From: an uncultured Erysipelotrichaceae bacterium
GTDB lineage: Bacteria; Bacillota_I; Bacilli_A; RF39; UBA660
Length of the DNA stretch: 32,000 nt
NCBI GenBank assembly: GCA_948444795.1
Contig: CAOJUX010000005.1
Coordinates: 338 to 32,337 of the forward strand
Direction: 5' to 3'
Position 1 is the first letter of the stretch, and each line of letters begins with the position of its first letter. The translations under genes and the position numbers were made by a program. The notes beneath the pieces are model-generated. The model was not told the DNA's origin. It did no database searches and saw only the letters and a program-made list of their open reading frames with translations. This document shows, one piece after another, positions 18,027 through 25,703 of the stretch.

Positions 18027-18611
18027 CTAATTGTTTTTGTTAAATCTTTTATCATCACTTTTTTTCCAAGAGGTAATTAAACTAATAGCTTCGGCAAGTT
18101 GTATTGATATTTGTTTATATTGTTTTTTTAAAATACAACCAGAACTTTCTGCTATCATTGCTACATAACCTAATAATTTTAATTTAACTATAGCTTCTTT
18201 TTGAAAATCTTCTCTTTTTACTTTATTACTATTAGAATCTAATCTTATAAAATTTGCATTTAAAAGACATTCTAATGTATCTAAACAATAATTTTGCATT
18301 CTATTTACAAATACTCCTCTAAATCTTTTAGGAGAATTTTCTGTTACCGCAATTACATAAGCGCATAATTTTTTTACAATTGTAATAACTATCAAGTCAT
18401 TAGAATTTTGCGGTATTTTATTAATGATTTTTTGCTCTTTTTCTTCTTCTAAAATTATCTTTTTTACAATATCTTCATTAAATTTATTATTATTAGCTAT
18501 CGCAAATTCTTTCTTTATTGCTAGTACATCCTCTGTATTGTTTACTGAATCAAGATCAAGATTAATTTCTTTTGGTATTTTTAAATTGTTTGTTCTATTA
18601 ACCTGTAACAC
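18027..18611 (-). CDS. Avd-like accessory protein (four-helix-bundle type) with an N-terminal extension; start uncertain
   Basis: It occupies the position immediately 5' of the TR. The C-terminal ~120 aa are helical and end in ...QLAEAISLITSWKKS, reminiscent of Avd / 23S-IVS four-helix-bundle proteins. GTG start without a good RBS. Confidence 0.5.
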   Translation of the reverse strand: MLQVNRTNNLKIPKEINLDLDSVNNTEDVLAIKKEFAIANNNKFNEDIVKKIILEEEKEQKIINKIPQNSNDLIVITIVKKLCAYVIAVTENSPKRFRGVFVNRMQNYCLDTLECLLNANFIRLDSNSNKVKREDFQKEAIVKLKLLGYVAMIAESSGCILKKQYKQISIQLAEAISLITSWKKSDDKRFNKNN

Positions 18612-18747
18612 TTATTAATTTTTCATAAATAAAATATATATTTATGATTACCTCCTAAGATATTATAACATTATTTTTTGATTTTTAAATATATATTAAT
18701 ATATTTTATTTATTATAGTCATAAAATTGAATATAAGTAGGTGAAAA

Positions 18748-19224
18748 ATGAATAATGAATATGCTCTTAATTTTATAATTCCTACAGGGCCATCAGGAGA
18801 TAATGGTGTAATAGAACCTAGTATTAGTTTGGTTTATAATGACATGACAACAAGTGGAACAGTTTCAATTAATAGAAGTACAATATATCCTAAAGATTCA
18901 ACTGTCTTTACAGTTCAAAATAATCAGTTATTATTTAATAGTCGTGGTAAATTTGAATATAATATATCTGGTATAATAAAAAAACAAAACTCAGATTCAA
19001 CTACGAACTTAGTCTTAAGAACAAGAAATAATTCTGGTATTACTAATAATTTATTCGTATTTAATGTTAATCAAGGGGAAGATGAAATTTATTTTTTCCA
19101 AACAAAAATTGGCGAATACTCTGGATCTCAATCTGTTAATTTAATATTTAATAAAAATGCTGATTCAAGTTCGAAATTAGAAAATGTTGAACTAACTATA
19201 AAAAAATTATATGATTGGGAATAA
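18748..19224 (+). CDS. Paralog 1 of a small beta-rich protein family (BclA-C-terminal / C1q-TNF-like suspected)
   Basis: N-terminal EYALNFIIPTGPSGDNG, an internal G.FEY.ISG, YFFQTK, and C-terminal LTIKKL. These are shared with the next three ORFs. Confidence 0.6.
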   Translation: MNNEYALNFIIPTGPSGDNGVIEPSISLVYNDMTTSGTVSINRSTIYPKDSTVFTVQNNQLLFNSRGKFEYNISGIIKKQNSDSTTNLVLRTRNNSGITNNLFVFNVNQGEDEIYFFQTKIGEYSGSQSVNLIFNKNADSSSKLENVELTIKKLYDWE

Positions 19225-19227
19225 AAA

Positions 19228-19689
19228 ATGGAAGAAAATATAGAATATGTAATAGATTTTATTTTACCTAAAGGAAAACCAGGATATGGTTCCTTTGAAG
19301 CATTAACATATATAACATTTCAAAATCAGATAAATAATGGTTCTTTAACTAGTTTAAAAGCATTAAAAATACCACGAAATACTAATATATTTAACGTTAC
19401 TAATAATATTATAATAGAACATACTGGCTGTTATATATTTACAATAAGCGGATTATTAAAAGAATCTGGAAATACTAACCCATTATTTAATATACAACTA
19501 GAAAATAATGGTATATCAGAAAATCTCATAACAGTAAATTTAAATCTAGAACAAAAATTATATTTTTCACAAACTAAAGTTAAGAATTGCCAAAAAAATA
19601 CTATAATAAAACTAACTTTACAAAAAGCAAATAATTCTGATGCATCTTTAGAAGGAGCAAATTTAATAATTAAAAAATTACCCTTATAG
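19228..19689 (+). CDS. Paralog 2 of the same family
   Basis: EYVIDFILPKGKPGYG, GCYIFTISG, YFSQTK, LIIKKL. It starts 3 nt after paralog 1. Confidence 0.6.
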   Translation: MEENIEYVIDFILPKGKPGYGSFEALTYITFQNQINNGSLTSLKALKIPRNTNIFNVTNNIIIEHTGCYIFTISGLLKESGNTNPLFNIQLENNGISENLITVNLNLEQKLYFSQTKVKNCQKNTIIKLTLQKANNSDASLEGANLIIKKLPL

Positions 19690-19702
19690 AAAAGAGGAAA
19701 AA

Positions 19703-20155
19703 ATGGAATATTCACTCAATTTTGTTATTCCAGAAGGATTAAGAGGAGAATCAGCTATTGAAGGAATAGCATATCTTGAATACCTTTCAAAACAGTCCCA
19801 AGGTGAAGTTGATATAAACTCTTCTAATTCATTTACCAATAATACAACTATTTTTTTTATCTATACAAATAAAATTTTATTAAAAAAAGAAGGATTATAT
19901 GAATTTATATTTAGTGGTAAAATATTTACATCAATTAATTCAGATTATTCTTTAAAACTAATAAGTGAGAATAATGGTAATGTTCAAGAAATTATAGATT
20001 TATCATTAGAACAAAGTATTAATGAAATTTACTTTTCAAAAATAAAAATCTTAAATTTATCATCAGATAATAATATTTCAATAATTTTTGATCCTAAAAA
20101 CAATAAAATTATTAATTTAGAAAATACAACTTTATTAATTAAGAAATTCAAATAA
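19703..20155 (+). CDS. Paralog 3 of the same family
   Basis: EYSLNFVIPEGLRGES, GLYEFIFSG, YFSKIK, LLIKKF. Confidence 0.6.
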   Translation: MEYSLNFVIPEGLRGESAIEGIAYLEYLSKQSQGEVDINSSNSFTNNTTIFFIYTNKILLKKEGLYEFIFSGKIFTSINSDYSLKLISENNGNVQEIIDLSLEQSINEIYFSKIKILNLSSDNNISIIFDPKNNKIINLENTTLLIKKFK

Positions 20156-20210
20156 ATTATTTTTGACTATCTTTTTATAAGTTCATTGTAAATAAAGAAC
20201 CTTTATAATA

Positions 20211-20243
20211 AAAAAAGGACATATTAATTCTTGTCCCTTTAAA
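20211..20243. terminator. Bidirectional terminator between convergent paralogs 3 and 4
   Basis: aaaaaaaGGACAtattaattctTGTCCcttt, flanked by an A-run and a T-run. Confidence 0.5.
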
Positions 20244-20254
20244 GTTATTAATCT

Positions 20255-20740
20255 TTAATTTAATTTTTTTATAAGTACATTTACATGATCTGTTTCTACC
20301 GTTGGAGTATTATAAAAACCTAAACTTACACATAAATTAATCGTTTGATCAAATTCAAAAACACCAGTTGATGAAAAATAGGTATATTGATTATCTCCTA
20401 ATAGTTCAATATCCATATCAGGTAAAGTAGTTGTTGCACTACTTGTTATAGCAAGTAAATGAAGAACAGCCTGACCAGTCGTTCCTGGTTTTTTTAAATA
20501 ACCAGAATATGTTATTTCGTATAAACCAGGACCCATTTGAACTTCTTGCCCAATAATTGTATAATTTGAAGAATTAGTAGGATAAATTTTGTTTTTTTCA
20601 ATATCTAAATCTCCTTGAATATTTTTTTTATTCATGTAGCTAATAAAGCAGATATTAGGCTCTGCAGTTGGGCCAGTTGGGCCTGTAGTTCCACAAGGAA
20701 TCACAAAATCTAAAACATATTCATTTGATTTTTCTGCCAT
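20255..20740 (-). CDS. Paralog 4 of the same family, with a GPTGPT collagen-like remnant
   Basis: EYVLDFVIPCGTTGPTGPTAEP, GLYEITYSG, YFSSTG, VLIKKL. Confidence 0.6.
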   Translation of the reverse strand: MAEKSNEYVLDFVIPCGTTGPTGPTAEPNICFISYMNKKNIQGDLDIEKNKIYPTNSSNYTIIGQEVQMGPGLYEITYSGYLKKPGTTGQAVLHLLAITSSATTTLPDMDIELLGDNQYTYFSSTGVFEFDQTINLCVSLGFYNTPTVETDHVNVLIKKLN

Positions 20741-20826
20741 TTAAAACTCTCCTTATTTTTTTATATATTATATTTTATGTAAGGAGATTTATAAAGGCAC
20801 TGCGTTTTACTTAAATAAATTTCACC

Positions 20827-21495
20827 CTAGTTTCTTTCAATAATTATATCGGCAACATTTAAATTTAAATCACTAAATATATTATCACAAATTATTTTTG
20901 CTACTTCATTAGGATTCATAAAAGTATTTTGTTTTTCTTCAGTTACATAATCCCTACTATTTTTATAAAAATTAGTATTAATCCCTCCAGGATATACACC
21001 AATTACTTTTACTGATGTTCCTTTATATGCAACTTTTAAACTTTCAGTATACCCTTTTTCTCCCCATTTAGTTGCACAATATACACTTTCTTGTTTGTTA
21101 CCTCTTAATGCTGCTGATGACATAATGTTTACAATTTTTAAATCTTTTTCATTTTTAATTCTTAAAGTATTGGAAGAACATAGTATCATTCCTCGAAGTC
21201 CTTTAAAGCATTTATCTATATCACTTTTATTATATTCAGATGGTAATTTAAAAGAAGGCTCTCCTGCATTATTTATTAAATATTTTATATTACCTAATTT
21301 TGATATTTCATCAATTGAATCTTCAACAAATTTTTCATCAGCAATATCTCCAATAAACTCTTTGTAATTTTCATTATTAGTATTAGATTTTTCTCTATCT
21401 AAATTACAAACTAATAAATCTTTATGTAATGAATAATCAACAATTGCTTTTCCTAATCCATTAGTTCCACCTGTTATTATAATAATATCTTTCAT
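20827..21495 (-). CDS. Short-chain dehydrogenase/reductase (SDR)
   Basis: TGGTNGLGKA (cofactor motif), NNAG, and YCATKWG (the YxxxK catalytic motif). Confidence 0.9.
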   Translation of the reverse strand: MKDIIIITGGTNGLGKAIVDYSLHKDLLVCNLDREKSNTNNENYKEFIGDIADEKFVEDSIDEISKLGNIKYLINNAGEPSFKLPSEYNKSDIDKCFKGLRGMILCSSNTLRIKNEKDLKIVNIMSSAALRGNKQESVYCATKWGEKGYTESLKVAYKGTSVKVIGVYPGGINTNFYKNSRDYVTEEKQNTFMNPNEVAKIICDNIFSDLNLNVADIIIERN

Positions 21496-21525
21496 TGTTT
21501 CTCTCCTTAATTTAAATTATATCAA

Positions 21526-22095
21526 TTAATAGAAAATATTTTCTATCTTTTGGTCTAAATGATTTTCTTTCATATCTACACTTTCCCAAGGGTATGTAAA
21601 AAGTTTCTCTCTTGGTAAATCAAAACCATAAAATCCTTTTATAACATCTTTTGGAATATTTTTTTCTCCCCTTATACAAATTGTAGAAAATAGTAGTTTA
21701 GCTTTTGGTAAAGTCTTTCTTATTTCGTCAAGTGCAGTATTTACAGTATCACCTGAACTATAAGTTCCCTCAACAACTAACAACACAAGTTCTTTATTTT
21801 TATCTAAATCTTTTAAAGTATTCAATAAAACAATGTGATCATAAATTCCATTTTGTTTTATCTTCTTTACTTGTATTGGTGCAAACTTTATTAAGTTTAA
21901 TTCATTTGCAATATAAACAGCGGGAACAGCACCACTACGCAAAATTGGAACAACATAATCAATTCTTAAGTTATTAGCAGTACAATAGTCATTTATTTCT
22001 TTTGAGACTTTTAAACAATAGCTTTTAAAATCATCATGTGACATACTTTTTATTTCATCTTCATACTCTATCTTATCATTGCTTCGCGTATACAT
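21526..22095 (-). CDS. Phosphoribosyltransferase-domain protein
   Basis: ELVLLVVEGTYSSGDT is a PRPP-binding loop. Confidence 0.75.
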   Translation of the reverse strand: MYTRSNDKIEYEDEIKSMSHDDFKSYCLKVSKEINDYCTANNLRIDYVVPILRSGAVPAVYIANELNLIKFAPIQVKKIKQNGIYDHIVLLNTLKDLDKNKELVLLVVEGTYSSGDTVNTALDEIRKTLPKAKLLFSTICIRGEKNIPKDVIKGFYGFDLPREKLFTYPWESVDMKENHLDQKIENIFY

Positions 22096-22096
22096 A

Positions 22097-22498
22097 CTAA
22101 TCCTCCTCTATTATTTCCATTAAAATTTCATTAGGATCTTTAATAAAGAAATAAGGTCTTCCCAATCTTCCCTTTGTAATCATTATTTCTGAATCATTTA
22201 ATTTATTGTTTTCAACAAAATTCTTTGCTTCATAAATATCTTTTACACCAATACCAAAATGTTTATTTCCAATTGTTTTTAAATCTACAGTCAAATCTTT
22301 AGAATGTTCTGGTAATTTATTGTTTTCCATATAATGAAATATTTCTAATATCATATTTCCTAATTTAATCATTACTATATCTACACTATCATCATGATAT
22401 TCCTTATATTTTTCAAAACCAAATAATTTATAAAAATTCAATGTATCTTCTAAATTATCTGCACTTATAGTAACATGATTAAAATTAAACATAATCAT
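22097..22498 (-). CDS. VOC/glyoxalase-family protein
   Basis: FNHVTISADNLEDTLNFY...LEIFHY...HFGIGV...DPNEILMEII are repeats of the beta-alpha-beta-beta-beta module. Confidence 0.8.
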   Translation of the reverse strand: MIMFNFNHVTISADNLEDTLNFYKLFGFEKYKEYHDDSVDIVMIKLGNMILEIFHYMENNKLPEHSKDLTVDLKTIGNKHFGIGVKDIYEAKNFVENNKLNDSEIMITKGRLGRPYFFIKDPNEILMEIIEED

Positions 22499-22599
22499 TT
22501 CTCCCTCTCACTAGATTTAATACCTAATCTATTTTTGTTTTAATATTATCATGTAATGGACATTTAATACAAAACTTCTTCTTATTGCAAAAATCATTA

Positions 22600-22939
22600 C
22601 TATTTAAAAAAATCTTCATCTATCAATGGAATAATATCTATCGCAGGTTCCTCATACGGATGTACTTCTCTTAATTTTGTTATTTCTTTTTAACATTTTC
22701 AATAGCACATATGACTTCTAATTTTTCTTCTTCTACAAATTCTATATTGTTCTTTTTCCCAATATATGGATTAGCACTATCATTTGGTTTAAAAGTTCCA
22801 ATAGATTTTATAGATGTTGCACAATAAGAATAGTTACCTATTATTCCAGCACCTCATTGCAAATTACTTCTCTTACTTCTTCAACATTTTCTAATGGAAT
22901 TGTTACAAAAATTTTTACTCTTTTTATTTCTATATTCAT
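22600..22939 (-). pseudogene. Decayed gene for a small PII/CutA-like protein (COG3323-like, HPYEEPA motif) with two 1-nt frameshifts
   Basis: AGGAGG plus the ATG at 22939 gives MNIEIKRVKIFVTIPLENVEEVREVICNE. After a shift it reads GAGIIGNYSYCATSIKSIGTFKPNDSANPYIGKKNNIEFVEEEKLEVICAIENVKK. After a second shift in an A-run it reads EITKLREVHPYEEPAIDIIPLIDEDFFK*. Confidence 0.65.
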
Positions 22940-23030
22940 TTTTCCTCCTAAGCTATTTTTATAACATTAATGACAGTTATTTTTACTATATCCTAGCAAA
23001 GTTTAATGTCATAGTGCCATTTTAATATTA

Positions 23031-23786
23031 TTATTCATTATCTTCTAAAAAGTAATTAACCATTTTTTCATAATTATCTTGACTATTTAAACAAGTATCT
23101 ATTAAATAACCTTTTTCATTATTCGTTTGATATTCTTTAATACCTCTTATATAAAAATCTTTATTTCTATCTTCGATAAAGAAAGGCATTATGTCATTGT
23201 ATAGACACTCTTTAAACATTATCATTCTTCCAACTCGACCATTTCCATCTTGGAAAGGATGAATTTTTTCAAATCTAACATGAAATTCAATAATATCTTC
23301 AACCATCTTTTTATCTATTTTATCATACCAATAGAGTAATTCTTTCATATCACTTGCTACATTACTTGGAAGTGATGTTGTAATGTTACCAACAAAGTTC
23401 TTTTTATTTTTATATTCTCCTACATTAAACCATTCTTTTTCACTATCAGTTAAAGTACCAGCTTTTAAGATAAAGTGAAATTTCTTTATCATATCCTCAG
23501 TTAGTTTATCATCAATAGTATCTAACATATATTTAAATAAAGTAAAATGATTTTTTATTTCAGTAGCATCTTTTAAAACAATAACTTTATCTTTAGTCGT
23601 TAAAATTGTTCCCGTATCATAAATACTTGCAGTTTCATCAGGTGTTATTGTAGATCCTTCTATATGATTTGTATTGTAAGAAAAATCAAGTTGAGTTTTA
23701 TGATAAAGGTTACCTGATAAACCAATATTTTTTTGTTCAATCAATGCTTTTTTTATTTTACTTACTTCCATTTTTCTTGCCTCCAT
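23031..23786 (-). CDS. Fic/DOC-family protein (AMPylase-type)
   Basis: The canonical HPFQDGNGRVGR motif is present. Confidence 0.9.
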   Translation of the reverse strand: MEARKMEVSKIKKALIEQKNIGLSGNLYHKTQLDFSYNTNHIEGSTITPDETASIYDTGTILTTKDKVIVLKDATEIKNHFTLFKYMLDTIDDKLTEDMIKKFHFILKAGTLTDSEKEWFNVGEYKNKKNFVGNITTSLPSNVASDMKELLYWYDKIDKKMVEDIIEFHVRFEKIHPFQDGNGRVGRMIMFKECLYNDIMPFFIEDRNKDFYIRGIKEYQTNNEKGYLIDTCLNSQDNYEKMVNYFLEDNE

Positions 23787-23883
23787 ATATTCCTATTATA
23801 ACATTTTTTGCAAATGATTAATATTAATTTATATTAAAAAAATCTAACTCAATTATACAACTATAATAGACTAACTGGTACAA

Positions 23884-24429
23884 TTAAAATTCATTTTTCA
23901 AAACATGATTTAGAAACTCTACAATATCAAGTTCTTTATCTTTAAATAAAACTCTGTTAACATTCTGATTATTTATAAGTAGAGTTCCTTTTAGCATATT
24001 ATATTCTACACAACAATGATTATCTATCTTAAGCAATTTATCTTGTAGTTTAATTTCAGGCACATTATAAATCATTGCAAGTTCACTTCCTATGTTCCTT
24101 TCTTTTGCTCTAAATAAATGCCCACAATATAAACATAAGTGAGTTCTATGTGGCGTATAAGCAAACTTTCCATTATCAGAATGATAACGTCCACAATGAC
24201 TACATTTTACCATTTCTAATGGTATATTATTTAATTTAGCAAGCATTATTCCACCAAAGTCTTTATAGGTTAATAAAGATTTATCATATTCTAATACTCC
24301 ATTAAATACTTTATTATTTATTATTATTTTAGGGATAACATTTTCTAATATATTTTCATATTTAATACTTATATTCTTAATTTCATTTTGCTTAATATTT
24401 AATCTATTATTATATATTTCTTCTAACAT
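23884..24429 (-). CDS. Hypothetical zinc-ribbon protein
   Basis: CSHCGRYH...HLCLYCGHLF gives CxxC...CxxC. A good RBS (aggagg) precedes it. Confidence 0.5.
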   Translation of the reverse strand: MLEEIYNNRLNIKQNEIKNISIKYENILENVIPKIIINNKVFNGVLEYDKSLLTYKDFGGIMLAKLNNIPLEMVKCSHCGRYHSDNGKFAYTPHRTHLCLYCGHLFRAKERNIGSELAMIYNVPEIKLQDKLLKIDNHCCVEYNMLKGTLLINNQNVNRVLFKDKELDIVEFLNHVLKNEF

Positions 24430-24676
24430 ATTTCCTCCTTCTTATGAATCGGTCAGACGCGTCTGGCCAATTCATTATATAATATTTAGTATTATCTTAA
24501 ATTTTTTAAGTATTAAATTTTACAGATATTATCTGAACTTTTTGCGCTTTAATATCACTTATATTATAGCATTATTATTGATACTATTTTATGTAGCATT
24601 TTTGTTAAACTTTCTTAATCAAAATTAACACTTTTTAACCTCTTTTATGTAAATTTAATCACTTTTAATTCATAAT

Positions 24677-24702
24677 AACAAAAATGGAGCCTTAAAGGCT
24701 CC
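24677..24702 (-). terminator. Orphan minus-strand intrinsic terminator in a 470-nt intergenic region
   Basis: Minus sense reads GGAGCCtttaaGGCTCC followed by ATTTTTGTT. There is no annotated minus-strand ORF upstream of it. Confidence 0.4.
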
Positions 24703-24899
24703 TTCAGGGGGCTAAAATTTATTGCATATAAAATTAATTATTGCTAATTAGTTCCTTATATTTTAAGCAATTCTAAATCGTTTTAGATTAATAAAATTTA
24801 AAATATATTACTTAATTTTGTAATTTGAGTACCTATTTGGGTACCTAAAAGAGATATACTACTACTTATATTCTTCCTATAAATGAAAGGAAAAATATT

Positions 24900-25262
24900 A
24901 TGGAAATAACTTATACTAAATGTGGTGATTATTTATTACCAAATCTAATTTTAAAATCTAGAAAACAAGAAAATTTAAATAAATATGGGCTAATGAGATT
25001 AGACTATCTGAAAAAGAATAAATCTACCTTATATCAACAATTATTAATGCAGGATAAACTATACGATCATCTTTTTTCAGTCAGTGTTGAAGCAGAAAAT
25101 AAAGTTAATTATCTAATTGATAAAATGGTTAAACTAGATGGCTCTATTAATGAAAATTTAAAAGTAACTAATCAAATGTTATGGGTACAAAAAATGAATA
25201 ACTATAAAAATACTGCTGAAGAAATAGTTTTAAAAGAACTTATCTATGGAGATACAATATGA
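24900..25262 (+). CDS. TnpV-like protein (accessory protein of Firmicutes transposons and ICEs)
   Basis: ITYTKCGDYLLPNL...YGLMRLDYLKKN...LYQQLLMQDKLYDHL...MLWVQKMNNYKNTAEEIVLKELIY matches the TnpV family pattern as I recall it. Confidence 0.65.
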   Translation: MEITYTKCGDYLLPNLILKSRKQENLNKYGLMRLDYLKKNKSTLYQQLLMQDKLYDHLFSVSVEAENKVNYLIDKMVKLDGSINENLKVTNQMLWVQKMNNYKNTAEEIVLKELIYGDTI

Positions 25263-25570
25263 TAAAAGGTAAAGAAGATATAACTGATAAAGAATTTGAA
25301 GAGATACTCCTACCTTTTTATGACAACTACAATGAATATATGATTAACTATGTTATTCCAGACACCATAGCATTTTATCTAGCAAATGGATATAGTAGAG
25401 ATTGTCTATCTGATTGTCCATTATATAATCATATCAATTCTGCAATAGATATTTTTAATGTGAGCTGTGATATTAATAATTTAACACCACAGATAAAACA
25501 AATTTTAAAAATTAAATTTAATCTCAAAATAGTAAATGATAATCCACTGAAAATTGAAAAATATATGTAA
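25259..25570 (+). CDS. Hypothetical protein
   Basis: 4-nt overlap with the TnpV-like gene, followed by a terminator. Confidence 0.5.
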   Translation: MIKGKEDITDKEFEEILLPFYDNYNEYMINYVIPDTIAFYLANGYSRDCLSDCPLYNHINSAIDIFNVSCDINNLTPQIKQILKIKFNLKIVNDNPLKIEKYM

Positions 25571-25573
25571 GAA

Positions 25574-25612
25574 AATAAGCACTTTCTAAATAATAGATTG
25601 TGCTTATTTTTA
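25574..25612 (+). terminator. Intrinsic terminator
   Basis: AATAAGCAC (25574-25582) pairs with GTGCTTATT (25600-25608), followed by TTTAT. Confidence 0.6.
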
Positions 25613-25648
25613 TATCTATATTGTCCTAGATATCTATATTGTCCTAGC
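25613..25648. repeat. Tandem direct repeat, 2 x 18 nt (tatctatattgtcctag[a/c])
   Basis: Read directly, 17/18 identical. The second unit runs into the left inverted repeat. Confidence 0.9.
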
Positions 25649-25671
25649 CAGCACTGAAAACCTACTCCCGC
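25636..25671. repeat. Left copy of the ~36-nt inverted repeat (atattGTCcTAGCCAGCACTGaaaacCTACTCCCGC)
   Basis: It is the reverse complement of 29366-29401, with identical blocks TAGCCAGCACTG and CTACTCCCGC. Confidence 0.85.
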
Positions 25672-25703
25672 AAGGTTTTCTATTATGGGAAAACCCATAC
25701 CCC

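Larger units (their letters stand above)
16328..18611 (-). mobile_element. Diversity-generating retroelement cassette (Avd-like ORF, TR, spacer, RT, VR)
   Basis: The co-oriented components are listed separately. The adenine-specific TR/VR mismatch pattern matches the transcription direction. Confidence 0.88.

Noticed and set aside
18748-20740. The four small paralogs as additional DGR targets.
   Set aside because: I could find no sequence resembling the TR (for example GTGCCCGCGCTG or GGTTCCCGCCCAG) in or near them. Their divergence is spread over the whole length rather than confined to adenine-templated sites.
25613-25648. The tandem repeat as a CRISPR array.
   Set aside because: There are only two directly abutting 18-nt units with no spacers, and no cas genes are present in the window.
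25429-25698. The track ORF (89 aa, minus) and the track ORFs 29363..29668 and 29403..29645 (plus) as real genes, given the shared AGV..QCWL peptide.
   Set aside because: The similarity is produced by the inverted DNA repeat. The ORFs have no RBS, overlap terminators and real genes, and have low-complexity hydrophobic composition typical of AT-rich shadow frames.
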